Sequence record: DRR378314_1256
Strand: one strand, 5' to 3'
DNA: 63,439 bases
Translations under genes and position numbers: made by a program
Part shown: one piece after another, positions 10,198-20,721 of the stretch
Layout: the number at the start of each line of letters is the position of its first letter
How positions within the stretch are numbered: position 1 is the first letter of the stretch
The notes under the pieces: generated by a model
Told to the model about the DNA's origin: nothing
The model's input: the letters and a program-made list of their open reading frames with translations, nothing else
Database searches by the model: none

Positions 10198-11232
10198 ATG
10201 GCAAGACGAATGACGACCCGACATCTCCTGCTTTTCTCCCTCGCGGGCTTCACCCTGACCGCCAATGCCGACCTGGTCGTGCTTCAATACCACCATGTCA
10301 GTGATTCGACACCGTCATCCACCAGCACCTCGGTATCACTGTTCGAGGGGCAACTGGACATGATCGACGAACTTGGGCTTGAGGTGGTTCCCCTTGAGTC
10401 AGGGACCCGCGCGGCACTCTCCGGGAGCGTGTCCGACAAAGCCCAGGTGTCTATCACCTTCGATGACGCCTACGAATCCGTCTACTCCCAGGCAGCGCCA
10501 GCGTTGGAAGCACGGGGTTATGAATACACGATCTTCGTCAATACCGAAGCCGTCGGCAGCCACGGCTATATGACCTGGGATCAGTTGGCGGAAGTCCGTG
10601 ATCGGGAAGGTGTGACCATCGCCAACCACAGCCAGGATCACGCTCATCTGGCGAAGCGCCCGGGGGAATCCGATAGCGACTGGGAGGCGCGTGTTGATCG
10701 TAGCCTGGATGCCGCCCAGGAAACCCTCTCCCAAAAACTCGGGACCGACGTGCCCATGTTCGCCTATCCCTATGGTGAGTTTGATCACGCCTTGCTGCAG
10801 AAAGTCGAGGAGCGGGGTTGGCTCGGTTTCGGGCAGCAATCAGGCGCTGTTGGCGAAACATCTGCCGCCACCCGCCTCCCGAGATTTCCAATGGCGAATG
10901 CCTACGGGCAACTGAACAGTCTTGAGGACAAATTGCGCAGCAAGGCACTGCCGGTTGATGCCAGCGCATTACCGGATGGCGTCATCGAAGAGAATCCGCC
11001 AACCCTGACCTTCACCGTGCCGGACACGATCACTGTGGACCGACTGAGCTGTTTTGCCTCCGGCCAGGGTCGTGTGGATTTTAAGGTGTCGGGAGGCAAT
11101 AAGGTCATGCTCCAGGCGCCCAAGCGCTTTAACAGCCGCCGCTTTCGCTACAACTGCACGCACCCGGCCACCGATGGCAGCTATTACTGGCTGTCGCAGC
11201 AATGGCTGGATCTGAGCAAGCCAGAAGACTGA
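10198..11232 (+). CDS. Exported polysaccharide deacetylase (CE4/NodB-like)
   Basis: Signal peptide, LQYHHV, ITFDDAY, NHSQDH, FAYPYGE. Confidence 0.9.
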   Translation: MARRMTTRHLLLFSLAGFTLTANADLVVLQYHHVSDSTPSSTSTSVSLFEGQLDMIDELGLEVVPLESGTRAALSGSVSDKAQVSITFDDAYESVYSQAAPALEARGYEYTIFVNTEAVGSHGYMTWDQLAEVRDREGVTIANHSQDHAHLAKRPGESDSDWEARVDRSLDAAQETLSQKLGTDVPMFAYPYGEFDHALLQKVEERGWLGFGQQSGAVGETSAATRLPRFPMANAYGQLNSLEDKLRSKALPVDASALPDGVIEENPPTLTFTVPDTITVDRLSCFASGQGRVDFKVSGGNKVMLQAPKRFNSRRFRYNCTHPATDGSYYWLSQQWLDLSKPED

Positions 11233-11235
11233 GCG

Positions 11236-12288
11236 TCACTCACCAGCGCGGGAGAGGCTGAGCTCACCGGTACGGGTGTGGGGGATGGCTTTGGGCCCGT
11301 ACTTGCCTTCAATGACCGTCTGCCCCGTCAGATCCGCCTCTCGGGTAAAGACCAACACCCAGCGCTCGCCCCGGCTCGGGAATACCGGGATGTACGCGTG
11401 AAGGTAGCCGTAGTGATACCAGGATTCCGGAACATAGCTGGCCACCAGATCGGTCACGATTCGAACGGGGGCGAGAGAGGCATCGAGAAACGCCACTGAA
11501 GGCACAAACATGCCGTCGTGGTTGAACGATCTGAGGTGGAGAATGAAGTCGGAGTACTGATCCGCCGATGGCAACCTGACAAGTCGGTAGTGGCTGTCAC
11601 CGGTGCTGAATGCATGGTGGGGTGAGCGGTCACCCATCGACACGCCAAACTCACGGCCTTCCTGCCACTGCTCCGGTTCCGTCTGCTCAAGCGCTTCGCA
11701 GCACTGCTCCGCCCATTGCTGGAAAAAGCTTTGCTCTTCAGGGTCAATGCCCAGAACCGCCATCGCTTCCGGGTCAGCGTCTTCCGGAAGGCCCGGTGGC
11801 CCAGTCGTTACTCCCCGCTGGTGGATACTGGCCTCGGTCAGTTGTATCGGTGGCTTGATCCGTCCTTTTTCAACGGCAGTCCGGGTATCTGGCTGGTAGT
11901 AGCTGACACGAATGTTGCCCTCGGCGTCCCGCCACGTGAAATAGGGCTTGGGATCGCCCGGACGAACGTAGCCGTCTTTCTCGAGCTGATTGCCATCGGG
12001 GTAGTTCTCGAGGTTGTACTCTTCGTGATATTCGCTGGCCGCAGTGTCTCCGGACGATGGTGGTTCGCCAGCGCTGTCGCGAGAGGCCTCCTCGCCCTTC
12101 GGGTCTGCGCTCTTGCCCTCATGGCTGCCGTCGGTGCTCTGCGGTATCGGCGACTGCCGTACCCGCCCCTGCTCGTCCACCCAGGTAAAATAGCCTTCCC
12201 GGCTGCCAGTGGCGTCGGAACCAGACAACTGACAGCCACCCAGCGCCAGGGCCAGGCAAACGATAACCGTAAAATGGCATTTGGACAT
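11236..12288 (-). CDS. MalM-like/FilE-like lipoprotein with two WxDxxG repeats
   Basis: Lipobox LGGC; repeats YFTWVDEQGRV and YFTWRDAEGNI; C-terminal half (FVPSVAFLD...HTRTGEL) resembles MalM. Confidence 0.65.
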   Translation of the reverse strand: MSKCHFTVIVCLALALGGCQLSGSDATGSREGYFTWVDEQGRVRQSPIPQSTDGSHEGKSADPKGEEASRDSAGEPPSSGDTAASEYHEEYNLENYPDGNQLEKDGYVRPGDPKPYFTWRDAEGNIRVSYYQPDTRTAVEKGRIKPPIQLTEASIHQRGVTTGPPGLPEDADPEAMAVLGIDPEEQSFFQQWAEQCCEALEQTEPEQWQEGREFGVSMGDRSPHHAFSTGDSHYRLVRLPSADQYSDFILHLRSFNHDGMFVPSVAFLDASLAPVRIVTDLVASYVPESWYHYGYLHAYIPVFPSRGERWVLVFTREADLTGQTVIEGKYGPKAIPHTRTGELSLSRAGE

Positions 12289-12322
12289 CGGGGCAAAACA
12301 CCCTTTCACACACGCTCTCGCG

Positions 12323-13948
12323 TCAGAATTTGGTGCGGAAACTGAGACCCGCCATGACAACCCGCAACGATGTCTTCACATCCAGACCCGCGTAGGGGTT
12401 GTAGATAATATTGGTTATATTGTCACAGTTCAGGTTACAGCTGCTATCCGCCGGGATCGTTTCAACCGAGTGGAGGTAGCTCAGGTTCATGTCTATCTCA
12501 GTATCCTTGTCCCACTGGTACCCCATACCCACACTGTAGAGATTGGCACCACCAAACGGCGCCATGATCTGGCGCTGATCATCTGGAATCACAGAGTCCC
12601 GAATCTCCATACCGGCACGTAAATCGAGCCGCGAGGAGGCGTGAAACTCCAGCCCAAACCCCCAGTTCCATTGGTCGGTGAAGCCCAGCGGCAGTCTCAG
12701 TGTGTTGGGCGTGGCGTTCTGGGGCGACAGAATCCGCGCCGCATTCAGGAATTCCAGGTTGCGGTCGAAGCGGAACACAAACGCGTCCCACTGCTTGTAA
12801 TCCGTCCAGCCCACATCCACGTTCACGGTCAACTTGGGATGGACATCGAGGCTGATACCGGTCTGGAAGTGCTGGGGATAGGTCAGATCCATGGACACAT
12901 TACCCGCTTCCCTCGGAGCACCGGAAGGCAGACTGAGAATCGCAGATGTGATGGCACCCAGTACGGAACCGTTTACGCTCTGCCAGAAACCGGACCAGTC
13001 GTCGGTGTACTCAATCTCGAAGGTGCCCTTCATGTTCATGTCGGCTTCTGAGGTATAACTCGCCCCCCAGCTGAACCACTCATTCGGCTCCCACATGACA
13101 CCAAGCGCGTAAGTGGGCGACAGCGTTTCCTGCACATTGATGCTCAAAGCACCAATGTCGTCCCACGGCCCCACGTTGCCCCCGCATAGTGCGAGCCACG
13201 GCTGCAGGGGCTCATCACCGCTTTCACAGTTAAATGCGTCCTGGAGTACCTCCGCGACGCCCAATAGCATGTTAGGAGCGCGCATGTACTGGTCCGCGGC
13301 TATACCCATGTGCGACAGATGGATACCGGCACCCACGGACCAGTCGTCGTTAATCTTGTAACCGACGGTTGGTGACAGATAGGTCGTCCGCTGCAGGGCC
13401 GTTGCCTGGGGCATATAGCGGCCAGGATCATCCTTGTCACGATAGAAACCGGCCGCCAACGGCAGGTAAAAGGCGTTACCAAACGTCAGTTTTGAGCCCG
13501 GCGGGTTGATGCTGATACCGGCGGACGGCGCGATGGCTGGGCCGGGCGGCGCGCGTAATATGCCAAAGCCCGGTATGTAGAGGGCAACATTGTTGGTATG
13601 GCTGTGCGTATTGGCGACTGGATCACGCTGTTTGCCGGTGAGAGGATCGGTTTCCAAGCCGTCGATACCGAAAATCTCGTAGCCATCCGGGGCGTGAAAA
13701 TCGGCGTCAATGTCCAGGTAGACACTCATCAAATTGACTTCAAGCTGACGCCCATCCAGTTTGGTCAGCCCCGCCGGGTTGTAATGGATCGCCATAATGC
13801 CGGGCGGATCGGCCGTAACCGCGTTACCCAGGGCCAGCGCCTTAGGATGGATGGTCAGGTTCTGTGCCAGCTGCGCCTCGACACCACAGGTCACCGAGGC
13901 TGCCAGAATGGCAGCGGCAATCCGTTTCTTGTGGCTGGTTATTCCCAT
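12323..13948 (-). CDS. OmpP1/FadL-family outer-membrane barrel (FilD-like)
   Basis: Signal peptide, ALGNAVTA...IHYNPAGL hatch motif, C-terminal Phe. Confidence 0.85.
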   Translation of the reverse strand: MGITSHKKRIAAAILAASVTCGVEAQLAQNLTIHPKALALGNAVTADPPGIMAIHYNPAGLTKLDGRQLEVNLMSVYLDIDADFHAPDGYEIFGIDGLETDPLTGKQRDPVANTHSHTNNVALYIPGFGILRAPPGPAIAPSAGISINPPGSKLTFGNAFYLPLAAGFYRDKDDPGRYMPQATALQRTTYLSPTVGYKINDDWSVGAGIHLSHMGIAADQYMRAPNMLLGVAEVLQDAFNCESGDEPLQPWLALCGGNVGPWDDIGALSINVQETLSPTYALGVMWEPNEWFSWGASYTSEADMNMKGTFEIEYTDDWSGFWQSVNGSVLGAITSAILSLPSGAPREAGNVSMDLTYPQHFQTGISLDVHPKLTVNVDVGWTDYKQWDAFVFRFDRNLEFLNAARILSPQNATPNTLRLPLGFTDQWNWGFGLEFHASSRLDLRAGMEIRDSVIPDDQRQIMAPFGGANLYSVGMGYQWDKDTEIDMNLSYLHSVETIPADSSCNLNCDNITNIIYNPYAGLDVKTSLRVVMAGLSFRTKF

Positions 13949-13985
13949 GAAATCTTCCCTTCCCGTAAAACGTCAGAGGCTGAAC

Positions 13986-14996
13986 TCACTCTTTGAGACC
14001 TGAAAACTTGATGGGCAGGGACACGCCCAGCGAGAAATCAGGTGCGTCTTCGGTAAGGCCAATACCAAGGCTGGTGTTTACGATGGTGGTGTCACTCACG
14101 CGGGTACCCAGCGACATGCTGAGGAAGCCACTCATCTGGTCCTGGGCAACGGCCTGGGTGCCGTCGCTGAAGGACAGAATGGTCTGGTCGCTGTAACTCA
14201 GCTGGGCAGAGATACTGAGGGAGATGTCGTATGACAGCGAATAGGCAAAGCCGGCGGAACCGGAGAGCCCAAAGCCCGGCTCAAGTTCCTGCAACACACG
14301 GGCGCCCCGCACTTGCTGCAAATCGGTTTCAGGAAGGTTGTAAGTGGCACTGGTAGACCCGAACACCACCACCGGGTCCAGTACCTTTGAAAAACTCACG
14401 CCGCCGGCCACCGAGTAGTAACCGCTGCCCGTGGACAGTTGCTCGTCGATATCGATCTCGTAGGGGCTGACACCTGTCTTGGTTGTGAAGGTGCCGAATA
14501 CCGTGGTGGACATCTTGCCAGGAACGTACGCAAACGGCTGCCAGCGAGCCGTTGCTGAGATATCACCAAAATCATAAATGTTCAGTTCATCCTGGGTATC
14601 GTACTTGACCACCAGGGGGATCCGCGCACCGACGGTCAGGTTATCCAGCAAGCCGTAATCGTAGGAAAACGCATTGGTAAAGTTATGGGTCGCCGACGGC
14701 ACCACATCGAGGTTACGAACCGAACCATCGGTAATTGCCAGGTCGAGACGCTGGTCACCGGTGTAGGAGTAATCGAACGAATAGTTCAGGGAATGAGTAC
14801 CCTTCTTCTGCAGCGAATAGCTGGTCTCGGCCGCCTGGAACACCTCTTCAAGCTGCTTGGATGAGTCCTCATCACCCTCCTGCCTGGCAAGCGCCTCCCT
14901 CGCCTCGTCCACGTTTCCTTCCTGCGACAATGCCATGGTTGGTAAAAGGCCAGTCACGGAAAAAAGGATAAAACCTCGCACTAACCAACGATTCAT
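13986..14996 (-). CDS. FapF/FilC-like outer-membrane transporter barrel
   Basis: Signal peptide, FGDIS, STGSGYY, DPVVVFG, GIGLTEDAPDF motifs. Confidence 0.75.
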   Translation of the reverse strand: MNRWLVRGFILFSVTGLLPTMALSQEGNVDEAREALARQEGDEDSSKQLEEVFQAAETSYSLQKKGTHSLNYSFDYSYTGDQRLDLAITDGSVRNLDVVPSATHNFTNAFSYDYGLLDNLTVGARIPLVVKYDTQDELNIYDFGDISATARWQPFAYVPGKMSTTVFGTFTTKTGVSPYEIDIDEQLSTGSGYYSVAGGVSFSKVLDPVVVFGSTSATYNLPETDLQQVRGARVLQELEPGFGLSGSAGFAYSLSYDISLSISAQLSYSDQTILSFSDGTQAVAQDQMSGFLSMSLGTRVSDTTIVNTSLGIGLTEDAPDFSLGVSLPIKFSGLKE

Positions 14997-15055
14997 CCTG
15001 ACTCCCTTATTTCTAATTGTATTGGTTCCTGTGTGCCGGCTTTGCGCCCGGCACG

Positions 15056-15856
15056 TTAATGGCGCCGGTAAAACAGCTGCTTACGGGTATTCTCAACACT
15101 GCCGTCCGGATTATTCTTCTGGCGTTCCAGCATGTTTCTGATCCGGCGTTCCGTGGATTCATGGAATTCGGGTAACTCCTGCAACGCCAGCAACGTCATT
15201 GTCTGGTCGTCCACAAACCGGAGGTCCTCCTCCTTCAACTCAAGGTAATCCAGCGGTTTGTCACTGCCGGGGAACACAATGAACAGCACGTTGTCGTCCC
15301 AGTTCTCTTCAAACTGGGCAAGCGTGAAGGAGATATTGCCAACCGCCGGATCGGCCAGATAAACCCGGCCATCGCGGATGGTGCGCAACACCACGAAGTG
15401 TTTGAAACCAGCATGCTGAATGGGAACGATGGCCGGATGATCGAGATCGATCAGGTCATCAATCGTTGCGCGGAACCCGCCGGACGGATAGCCCAGGGCC
15501 GTGACCAGGCGTTTCATATCAAGCATGGAAAAAGCGCGGCGCTGGACGATTCGCTCGCTCTCGCCGTAATGAAGCAGTCCTTCCATAACCTGGCGCTCAC
15601 CCAGATTCCGTCCCAGGTAATAATTGAGCACCGTGGTTAACGCCGCGCTGCCACAGCTGTAGTCATACGCCTGGCGCACAATGTTGCGGAACTTCTGTTC
15701 GACCAGGGGCTCCACCCGGGCATCGGTTCTTAACTCCACGGGGCTGGTGTCGAAATCCTGCTCAATCACAATGGTGCCCTGCTCATACGGCTCTACAACA
15801 ACCGCCTCCTGGGTCATTGTAAAAGTGAGGATGGATCCGGCGAGTACCAGCAGCAT
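15056..15856 (-). CDS. C39 family peptidase (FapD/FilB-like)
   Basis: QAYDYSCGSAAL (Cys), KHFVV (His), LADP (Asp). Confidence 0.9.
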   Translation of the reverse strand: MLLVLAGSILTFTMTQEAVVVEPYEQGTIVIEQDFDTSPVELRTDARVEPLVEQKFRNIVRQAYDYSCGSAALTTVLNYYLGRNLGERQVMEGLLHYGESERIVQRRAFSMLDMKRLVTALGYPSGGFRATIDDLIDLDHPAIVPIQHAGFKHFVVLRTIRDGRVYLADPAVGNISFTLAQFEENWDDNVLFIVFPGSDKPLDYLELKEEDLRFVDDQTMTLLALQELPEFHESTERRIRNMLERQKNNPDGSVENTRKQLFYRRH

Positions 15857-16108
15857 GGTTAGACGAAGTCCCTGTTATTATTAGACATCACGTTTTCCGA
15901 GTTACATCTTGTTACGGTAAGATACCGAAATCGCTAACCCCTTAAAGATAACTGTGCCTCAAATCTGCCGCTGCAGAAGGGGCCCTCCCTGCCGGTTTTG
16001 AGAACTGGTTCATGCCCCTCCCTTCCTGACAGTGGGAAGTTGACGCAGGACATGAAAGCCGGTATCACATTCTTTGCCACTGTCTGACACCAATTACTGA
16101 AGATCCTG

Positions 16109-18874
16109 ATGACAACAACACTGAATCCGGGACAACTGACGTTCATCGCTGCTAAAAACCAGAGCCCACAACCACCACCCGCCCTACTACACCGGGAAAA
16201 ATTCAACGACCTTCTCCACGGCCTGGAGCCGGTAAGCCTGCTGCTGGTGCATGCGCCGGCGGGATACGGCAAAACCACCACCGTGGCGGACCGTTTGGAA
16301 GCGCTGGAGGCAACCAGTGCCTGGTATCGTCTTGAAGTGGGCGACAATGACCCGGCCCGGTTCGCGGGCTATCTGGCCAAAGCACTTGAAATTGCCGCGC
16401 CCGGCAGCTGCAAGGCCACACTGCGGAAATTGCAGGACAAGGGTTACGACACGCTGGAAAGCTTTCTCACCGATCTTCTGGCCGAGCTTCCTCTGGACGG
16501 GCCGAACGAGGGCCCGCTGTACCTGGTGCTGGACGACTATCACCTGATTGATAACGAGGTCATCCACAACGCGTTGCGCTTCCTATTGAGGCATCAGCCC
16601 GCCTGCCTGACACTTGTCCTGATCACCCGGACGGTGCCCCCCATCGGCGTCGCGCAACTGAGAATGCAGGGGCGTATGACCGAGATCACCTCACGGGATC
16701 TGGCCTTTGGCGCCGACGAGGCACAGAGCTACTTTGAGAGCCGGTTACCGTTCGAGATCTCGCGGGAAAGCATCGAACGGGCTGTCAGGCGGGTTGAGGG
16801 CTGGGTGTCGGCGCTCCAGCTTCTGTCCGCATCCGCGCTGACGAGCATCGAATTCAACGATTTCGTGGATCAGCTCGAGTACGGCAACCAACACATCTTT
16901 GATTACTTCGACGAACTGGTGGGACAAGGGCTGACGGAACAGCAGCGAACATTCCTGCTGCGCACCAGCATACTGGACCGTTTCAACGCGCGGATGGTCA
17001 TGCGGGTGATGGACGACAGTAACGGCCAGGCCCTGCTCAGCGGCCTTCTTTCCATGGGGCTGTTCATCACGCCCGTGGACAATTCCGCCCTGTGGTTCCG
17101 CTACCATCCGCTGTTTTCCGTCTACCTCCAGCACCTGTTGAGCTGCACCACGGAAGAGAACCGGCAACAGTTGCACCAGCGGGCCAGTGACGCCTGGCTG
17201 GAACTGGACCACGCCGAAGAAGCCGCCCGCCACGCCATTGCCGCCAACGATGCGGACCGCATCACCCGCGTGCTGACCATTCACGGCCGCAAATTCTTCA
17301 CCGAAGGCCAGTTTATCCTGCTGCAGCGATGCCTCGACGCGCTACCCCAGGATGTCATTGCCCAGGACCCGACCCTGACGCTGCTTCGCGCCTGGGTGGC
17401 TCAAGGCCAGTACAAGTTTGATGAGGTTGAAAACTGGCTCTCCGCTGCCGAATCCAGACTCGAAGCCTCGATGACGGAAGACACCCAGCGCGCCGTGCAC
17501 GGCGAGTTCAGCGCCATTCGGGCCCAGGTCGCCATGAACTACGGGGATGGTGAACGCGCCCTGGCACTCGCACGGGAAGCCATCGACCAGGAGGCCCGTT
17601 ATCTGCCCACCTCCCGCGTGGCGGCGGCGTCCGTTATCGGAGAGGCGCTGTTCGTGCAGGGGGAACTGGAAGAAGCCCTCGCTCGCATGCAGGAAACCGA
17701 ACACCTTGCCCGCGCCCACCAGGCCCACCAGAACGTGATCTGGGCGCTGTGCCAGCAATCCGAAATCAGCGTTGCCATGGGGCTGCTGCAAAAGGCCTAC
17801 AACATCCAGGAGCGGGGCTTCCAGTACGCTGAGGAAAACCACCTGAACCACCTGCCGATACTGGAGTTCCTGTTCCGCATCCGCAGCCAGATCATGTGGG
17901 AATGGCACCACCTGGAAAACGCTGAACGCTGTGCGCTACAGGGCATCGAAATCCTCGAGGCCCAGGGCGAGCGCTGGTACGTGCAAAGCTATACATCGCT
18001 GGCCAAGGTGGCCCATGCCAGGGGCCGGCAAAGCCTGTGCGCGGACTACATCGCCAAGATGCAGAAAATGCTCGCCTCCGGGGACTATCACCTGGACTGG
18101 GTTGCCAATGCCCATGCCACCATGCTCGCCTACTGGGATGCCGTTCGGGACCGCGAAGCCATCCAGCGCTGGCTGACCATTGCCCCGCCTGTAGACCCCA
18201 CCACGGCGACCAATCACTTCAATCAGTGCAATGGGCGCAACCGGGCACGGGCGTATATGAGCCTTGGGTTATACAGCAAGGCGCAGCCTCTTCTGACCGG
18301 ATTGCAGACCGTGGCGGAACAGGTGGGGCTTAAAACAGACCTTAACCGCAATCATATCGCCCTGGCGCTGCTCTACTGGAATACCGAAGACCGCGAGAAC
18401 GCCCTGGAGCACATGGTGGCTGCGCTCCAACTGGCCAGTACCACCGGGGCCGTGGGCAGCTTCCTGCGCATGGGCAAGGTACTGATCGTTATCCTGAAAG
18501 CGCTGATCAACGATGAAGCGATTGATGGAATGGAACTGCAGCGGGCGGAACGCCTGATCCAGTTGGCCCAGCAGCAGCGGGATTTCAGCCGCGCCATCCG
18601 GATTTCACTGGACGAGGCCATCATTCAGGACATCATCGACCGCCCGGATGTGCCGGAGCTGATCCGCACCTCACCGCTTACCCGCCGGGAATGGCAGATA
18701 CTGAGCCTGATCCACGCGGGCCTGTCCAATGACCAGATCGCCGAGCACCTGAAAGTGGCCTCCACCACGGTAAAGACCCACATCCGCAGCCTCTACCAGA
18801 AGCAGAACATCAGCCACCGGTCAGAGGCCATCGAACTGGCCAAGGACCTGCTCAGCAAGATACAGGGGGAATAA
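16109..18874 (+). CDS. malT: Maltose regulon activator MalT (STAND ATPase with LuxR HTH)
   Basis: APAGYGKTT, LVLDDYH, WFRYHPLF, PELIRTSPLTRREWQ and TTVKTHIRSLYQK; MalT boxes and mal genes in the same window. Confidence 0.92.
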   Translation: MTTTLNPGQLTFIAAKNQSPQPPPALLHREKFNDLLHGLEPVSLLLVHAPAGYGKTTTVADRLEALEATSAWYRLEVGDNDPARFAGYLAKALEIAAPGSCKATLRKLQDKGYDTLESFLTDLLAELPLDGPNEGPLYLVLDDYHLIDNEVIHNALRFLLRHQPACLTLVLITRTVPPIGVAQLRMQGRMTEITSRDLAFGADEAQSYFESRLPFEISRESIERAVRRVEGWVSALQLLSASALTSIEFNDFVDQLEYGNQHIFDYFDELVGQGLTEQQRTFLLRTSILDRFNARMVMRVMDDSNGQALLSGLLSMGLFITPVDNSALWFRYHPLFSVYLQHLLSCTTEENRQQLHQRASDAWLELDHAEEAARHAIAANDADRITRVLTIHGRKFFTEGQFILLQRCLDALPQDVIAQDPTLTLLRAWVAQGQYKFDEVENWLSAAESRLEASMTEDTQRAVHGEFSAIRAQVAMNYGDGERALALAREAIDQEARYLPTSRVAAASVIGEALFVQGELEEALARMQETEHLARAHQAHQNVIWALCQQSEISVAMGLLQKAYNIQERGFQYAEENHLNHLPILEFLFRIRSQIMWEWHHLENAERCALQGIEILEAQGERWYVQSYTSLAKVAHARGRQSLCADYIAKMQKMLASGDYHLDWVANAHATMLAYWDAVRDREAIQRWLTIAPPVDPTTATNHFNQCNGRNRARAYMSLGLYSKAQPLLTGLQTVAEQVGLKTDLNRNHIALALLYWNTEDRENALEHMVAALQLASTTGAVGSFLRMGKVLIVILKALINDEAIDGMELQRAERLIQLAQQQRDFSRAIRISLDEAIIQDIIDRPDVPELIRTSPLTRREWQILSLIHAGLSNDQIAEHLKVASTTVKTHIRSLYQKQNISHRSEAIELAKDLLSKIQGE

Positions 18875-18881
18875 ACGAAGA

Positions 18882-19202
18882 TCAGTCCTCCGCGCAGGTT
18901 ACGCAAACCGTGGTGTAGGGCAGCACCTGTAACCGGCGGGGGTCTATCTCTTCCCCACAGCCCTCGCATTCGTCTCCCAGTCCGTTGGCGAGGCGTTCAA
19001 GCGCATGTTCGATCTGCGCCAGTTCACTGCGGGTTTCCGTCTCCAGCGAATCCACCACCTCATCGTTCTGGGTTTGTACAGCCTGCTCTTCAAAGTCCTT
19101 TTCCAGTGCGCCATCCTGGCGATGTTGGTGAGCCTCATACTTTGCCAGGCGCGCCTTCAGATCCGCACGCAGGGTTTCCAGTTCCGATTTCCGATTACTC
19201 AT
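18882..19202 (-). CDS. TraR/DksA family C4 zinc-finger protein
   Basis: Coiled coil followed by CEGC...RL...P...CVTC. Confidence 0.9.
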   Translation of the reverse strand: MSNRKSELETLRADLKARLAKYEAHQHRQDGALEKDFEEQAVQTQNDEVVDSLETETRSELAQIEHALERLANGLGDECEGCGEEIDPRRLQVLPYTTVCVTCAED

Positions 19203-19333
19203 TGCGGCCTCCGCCTTCGGGACAGTTTCGGATGGATGACTCTCTACAGTAAAGCATAGGACGCCGGGTCAATCGCAGCATCGCGTGGAATATGTCACTA
19301 TTCCCGGCTTTACGATTGGCGGAGACACTCACC

Positions 19334-20704
19334 ATGCTTTACACCACCGTAGCGGCCCTGGCCGCTGCCCTTGTTCTGTTTACCTGGCTGGGACTGCGGG
19401 CACGCCTGGCCGATGGCGGCCTGGATGATTTTGTGACCGCCCGCAACAGCCAGGGAGCCCGGGCTCTGGGGCTGTCGTTCCTGGCCTCCGGCATGGGCGG
19501 CTGGATACTCTTCGCGCCCCCGGAAGTCGGTGCCCTGGTGGGGCCGGTGGCATTGGCTGGCTACGCGCTGGGCGCCGCCCTGCCCTTTATCGTGTTTGCC
19601 TTCTGTGGCCCGGCCATTCGCCGCTACCTGCCCGAGGGCCGAAGCATCGGCGAATTCGCCCAGGCCTGCTATGGCACATCGGTTCGCCGCTACGTGTCTT
19701 TGATTTCCGTGCTCTACATGCTGTGCTTCCTCACCGCCGAACTGACCGCCATAGGCGCCATTACCTCACTGCTATCCGGGGTGAATGGCAACCTGGCCGT
19801 GCTCGGTGTAGCCGTTGCCACCCTGATCTACACCACCTGGGGCGGCCTTCGGGCCAGCATCGTCACGGACCAGTGGCAGGCGTTCCTGCTGATCGGGCTA
19901 TTGGCCATTGTTGGATTTGTGGCCATGGAGCGGCTGCCGGACCTGCAAATGGCTGACGCACCCTCCGCGCCTGTGGGCAGTGCCCTGGGCGTGGCCCTGA
20001 CACTGGTGATCGCCGTAACAGCCGCCAACCTGTTCCATCAGGGCTACTGGCAGCGCCTGTGGTCCGCCCGCGATACTTCGGCGCTACGAAGCGGCGCCTT
20101 GCTGGGCGGCCTGGTGACCATCATCGTGGTGGCCGTGGTCGGCGGCCTGGGCATTGCCGCCGCCATGAGCGGGGCAGATCTCGGTTCCCCACCCATTCCC
20201 TTCTTTGCGTTGCTGTCTGGCGCGCCGGCCTGGCTGACCATTCCCGCCCTGGTGCTGGCCCTTACCTTAGTCGCCTCGTCCGTGGACACACTCCAGAACG
20301 CGCTGGCCTCCCTGGCGGTAACCGAAAAGCAGGGGCTCTCGATCACATCGGCACGATGGGTAACCGTCCTCCTGATGATCCCCGTGGTGATCGTGGCACT
20401 TCAGGGCGTCTCGGTGCTGAGGTTGTTCCTGATCGCCGATCTGCTCTGTGCGACGGCGGTGATACCGGTCTTGATGGGGCTGTGGAAACGAATGACCACC
20501 ACCGCCGCCGTGTTCGGTGGCCTGGCCGGTCTGGCGGGCGCGATCATTCCTGGGTGGGTGACTGGTGGCAGCCTGACCGCAGGCCTTATGGCCGCCAGCT
20601 TCCCCGGTGGCATTCCTACCCTGGCTCCGTTCCTTGGTGCACTGGCTGCTTCCGCTGTGGTCAGCGTGGCGATAACGCAGGTTTGGGGGCGGAACAGGCA
20701 CTGA
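19334..20704 (+). CDS. Sodium:solute symporter family protein
   Basis: Many TM segments, GGLRASIVTDQWQ and QGYWQR SSS motifs; GGAGA RBS before ATG 19334. Confidence 0.85.
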   Translation: MLYTTVAALAAALVLFTWLGLRARLADGGLDDFVTARNSQGARALGLSFLASGMGGWILFAPPEVGALVGPVALAGYALGAALPFIVFAFCGPAIRRYLPEGRSIGEFAQACYGTSVRRYVSLISVLYMLCFLTAELTAIGAITSLLSGVNGNLAVLGVAVATLIYTTWGGLRASIVTDQWQAFLLIGLLAIVGFVAMERLPDLQMADAPSAPVGSALGVALTLVIAVTAANLFHQGYWQRLWSARDTSALRSGALLGGLVTIIVVAVVGGLGIAAAMSGADLGSPPIPFFALLSGAPAWLTIPALVLALTLVASSVDTLQNALASLAVTEKQGLSITSARWVTVLLMIPVVIVALQGVSVLRLFLIADLLCATAVIPVLMGLWKRMTTTAAVFGGLAGLAGAIIPGWVTGGSLTAGLMAASFPGGIPTLAPFLGALAASAVVSVAITQVWGRNRH

Positions 20705-20721
20705 GTATTCCGGTAGGAAAT

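Noticed and set aside
15857-16108. Riboswitch or hidden pilin gene between the C39 peptidase and malT
   Set aside because: Only short hairpins seen; no recognisable aptamer and no suitable ORF
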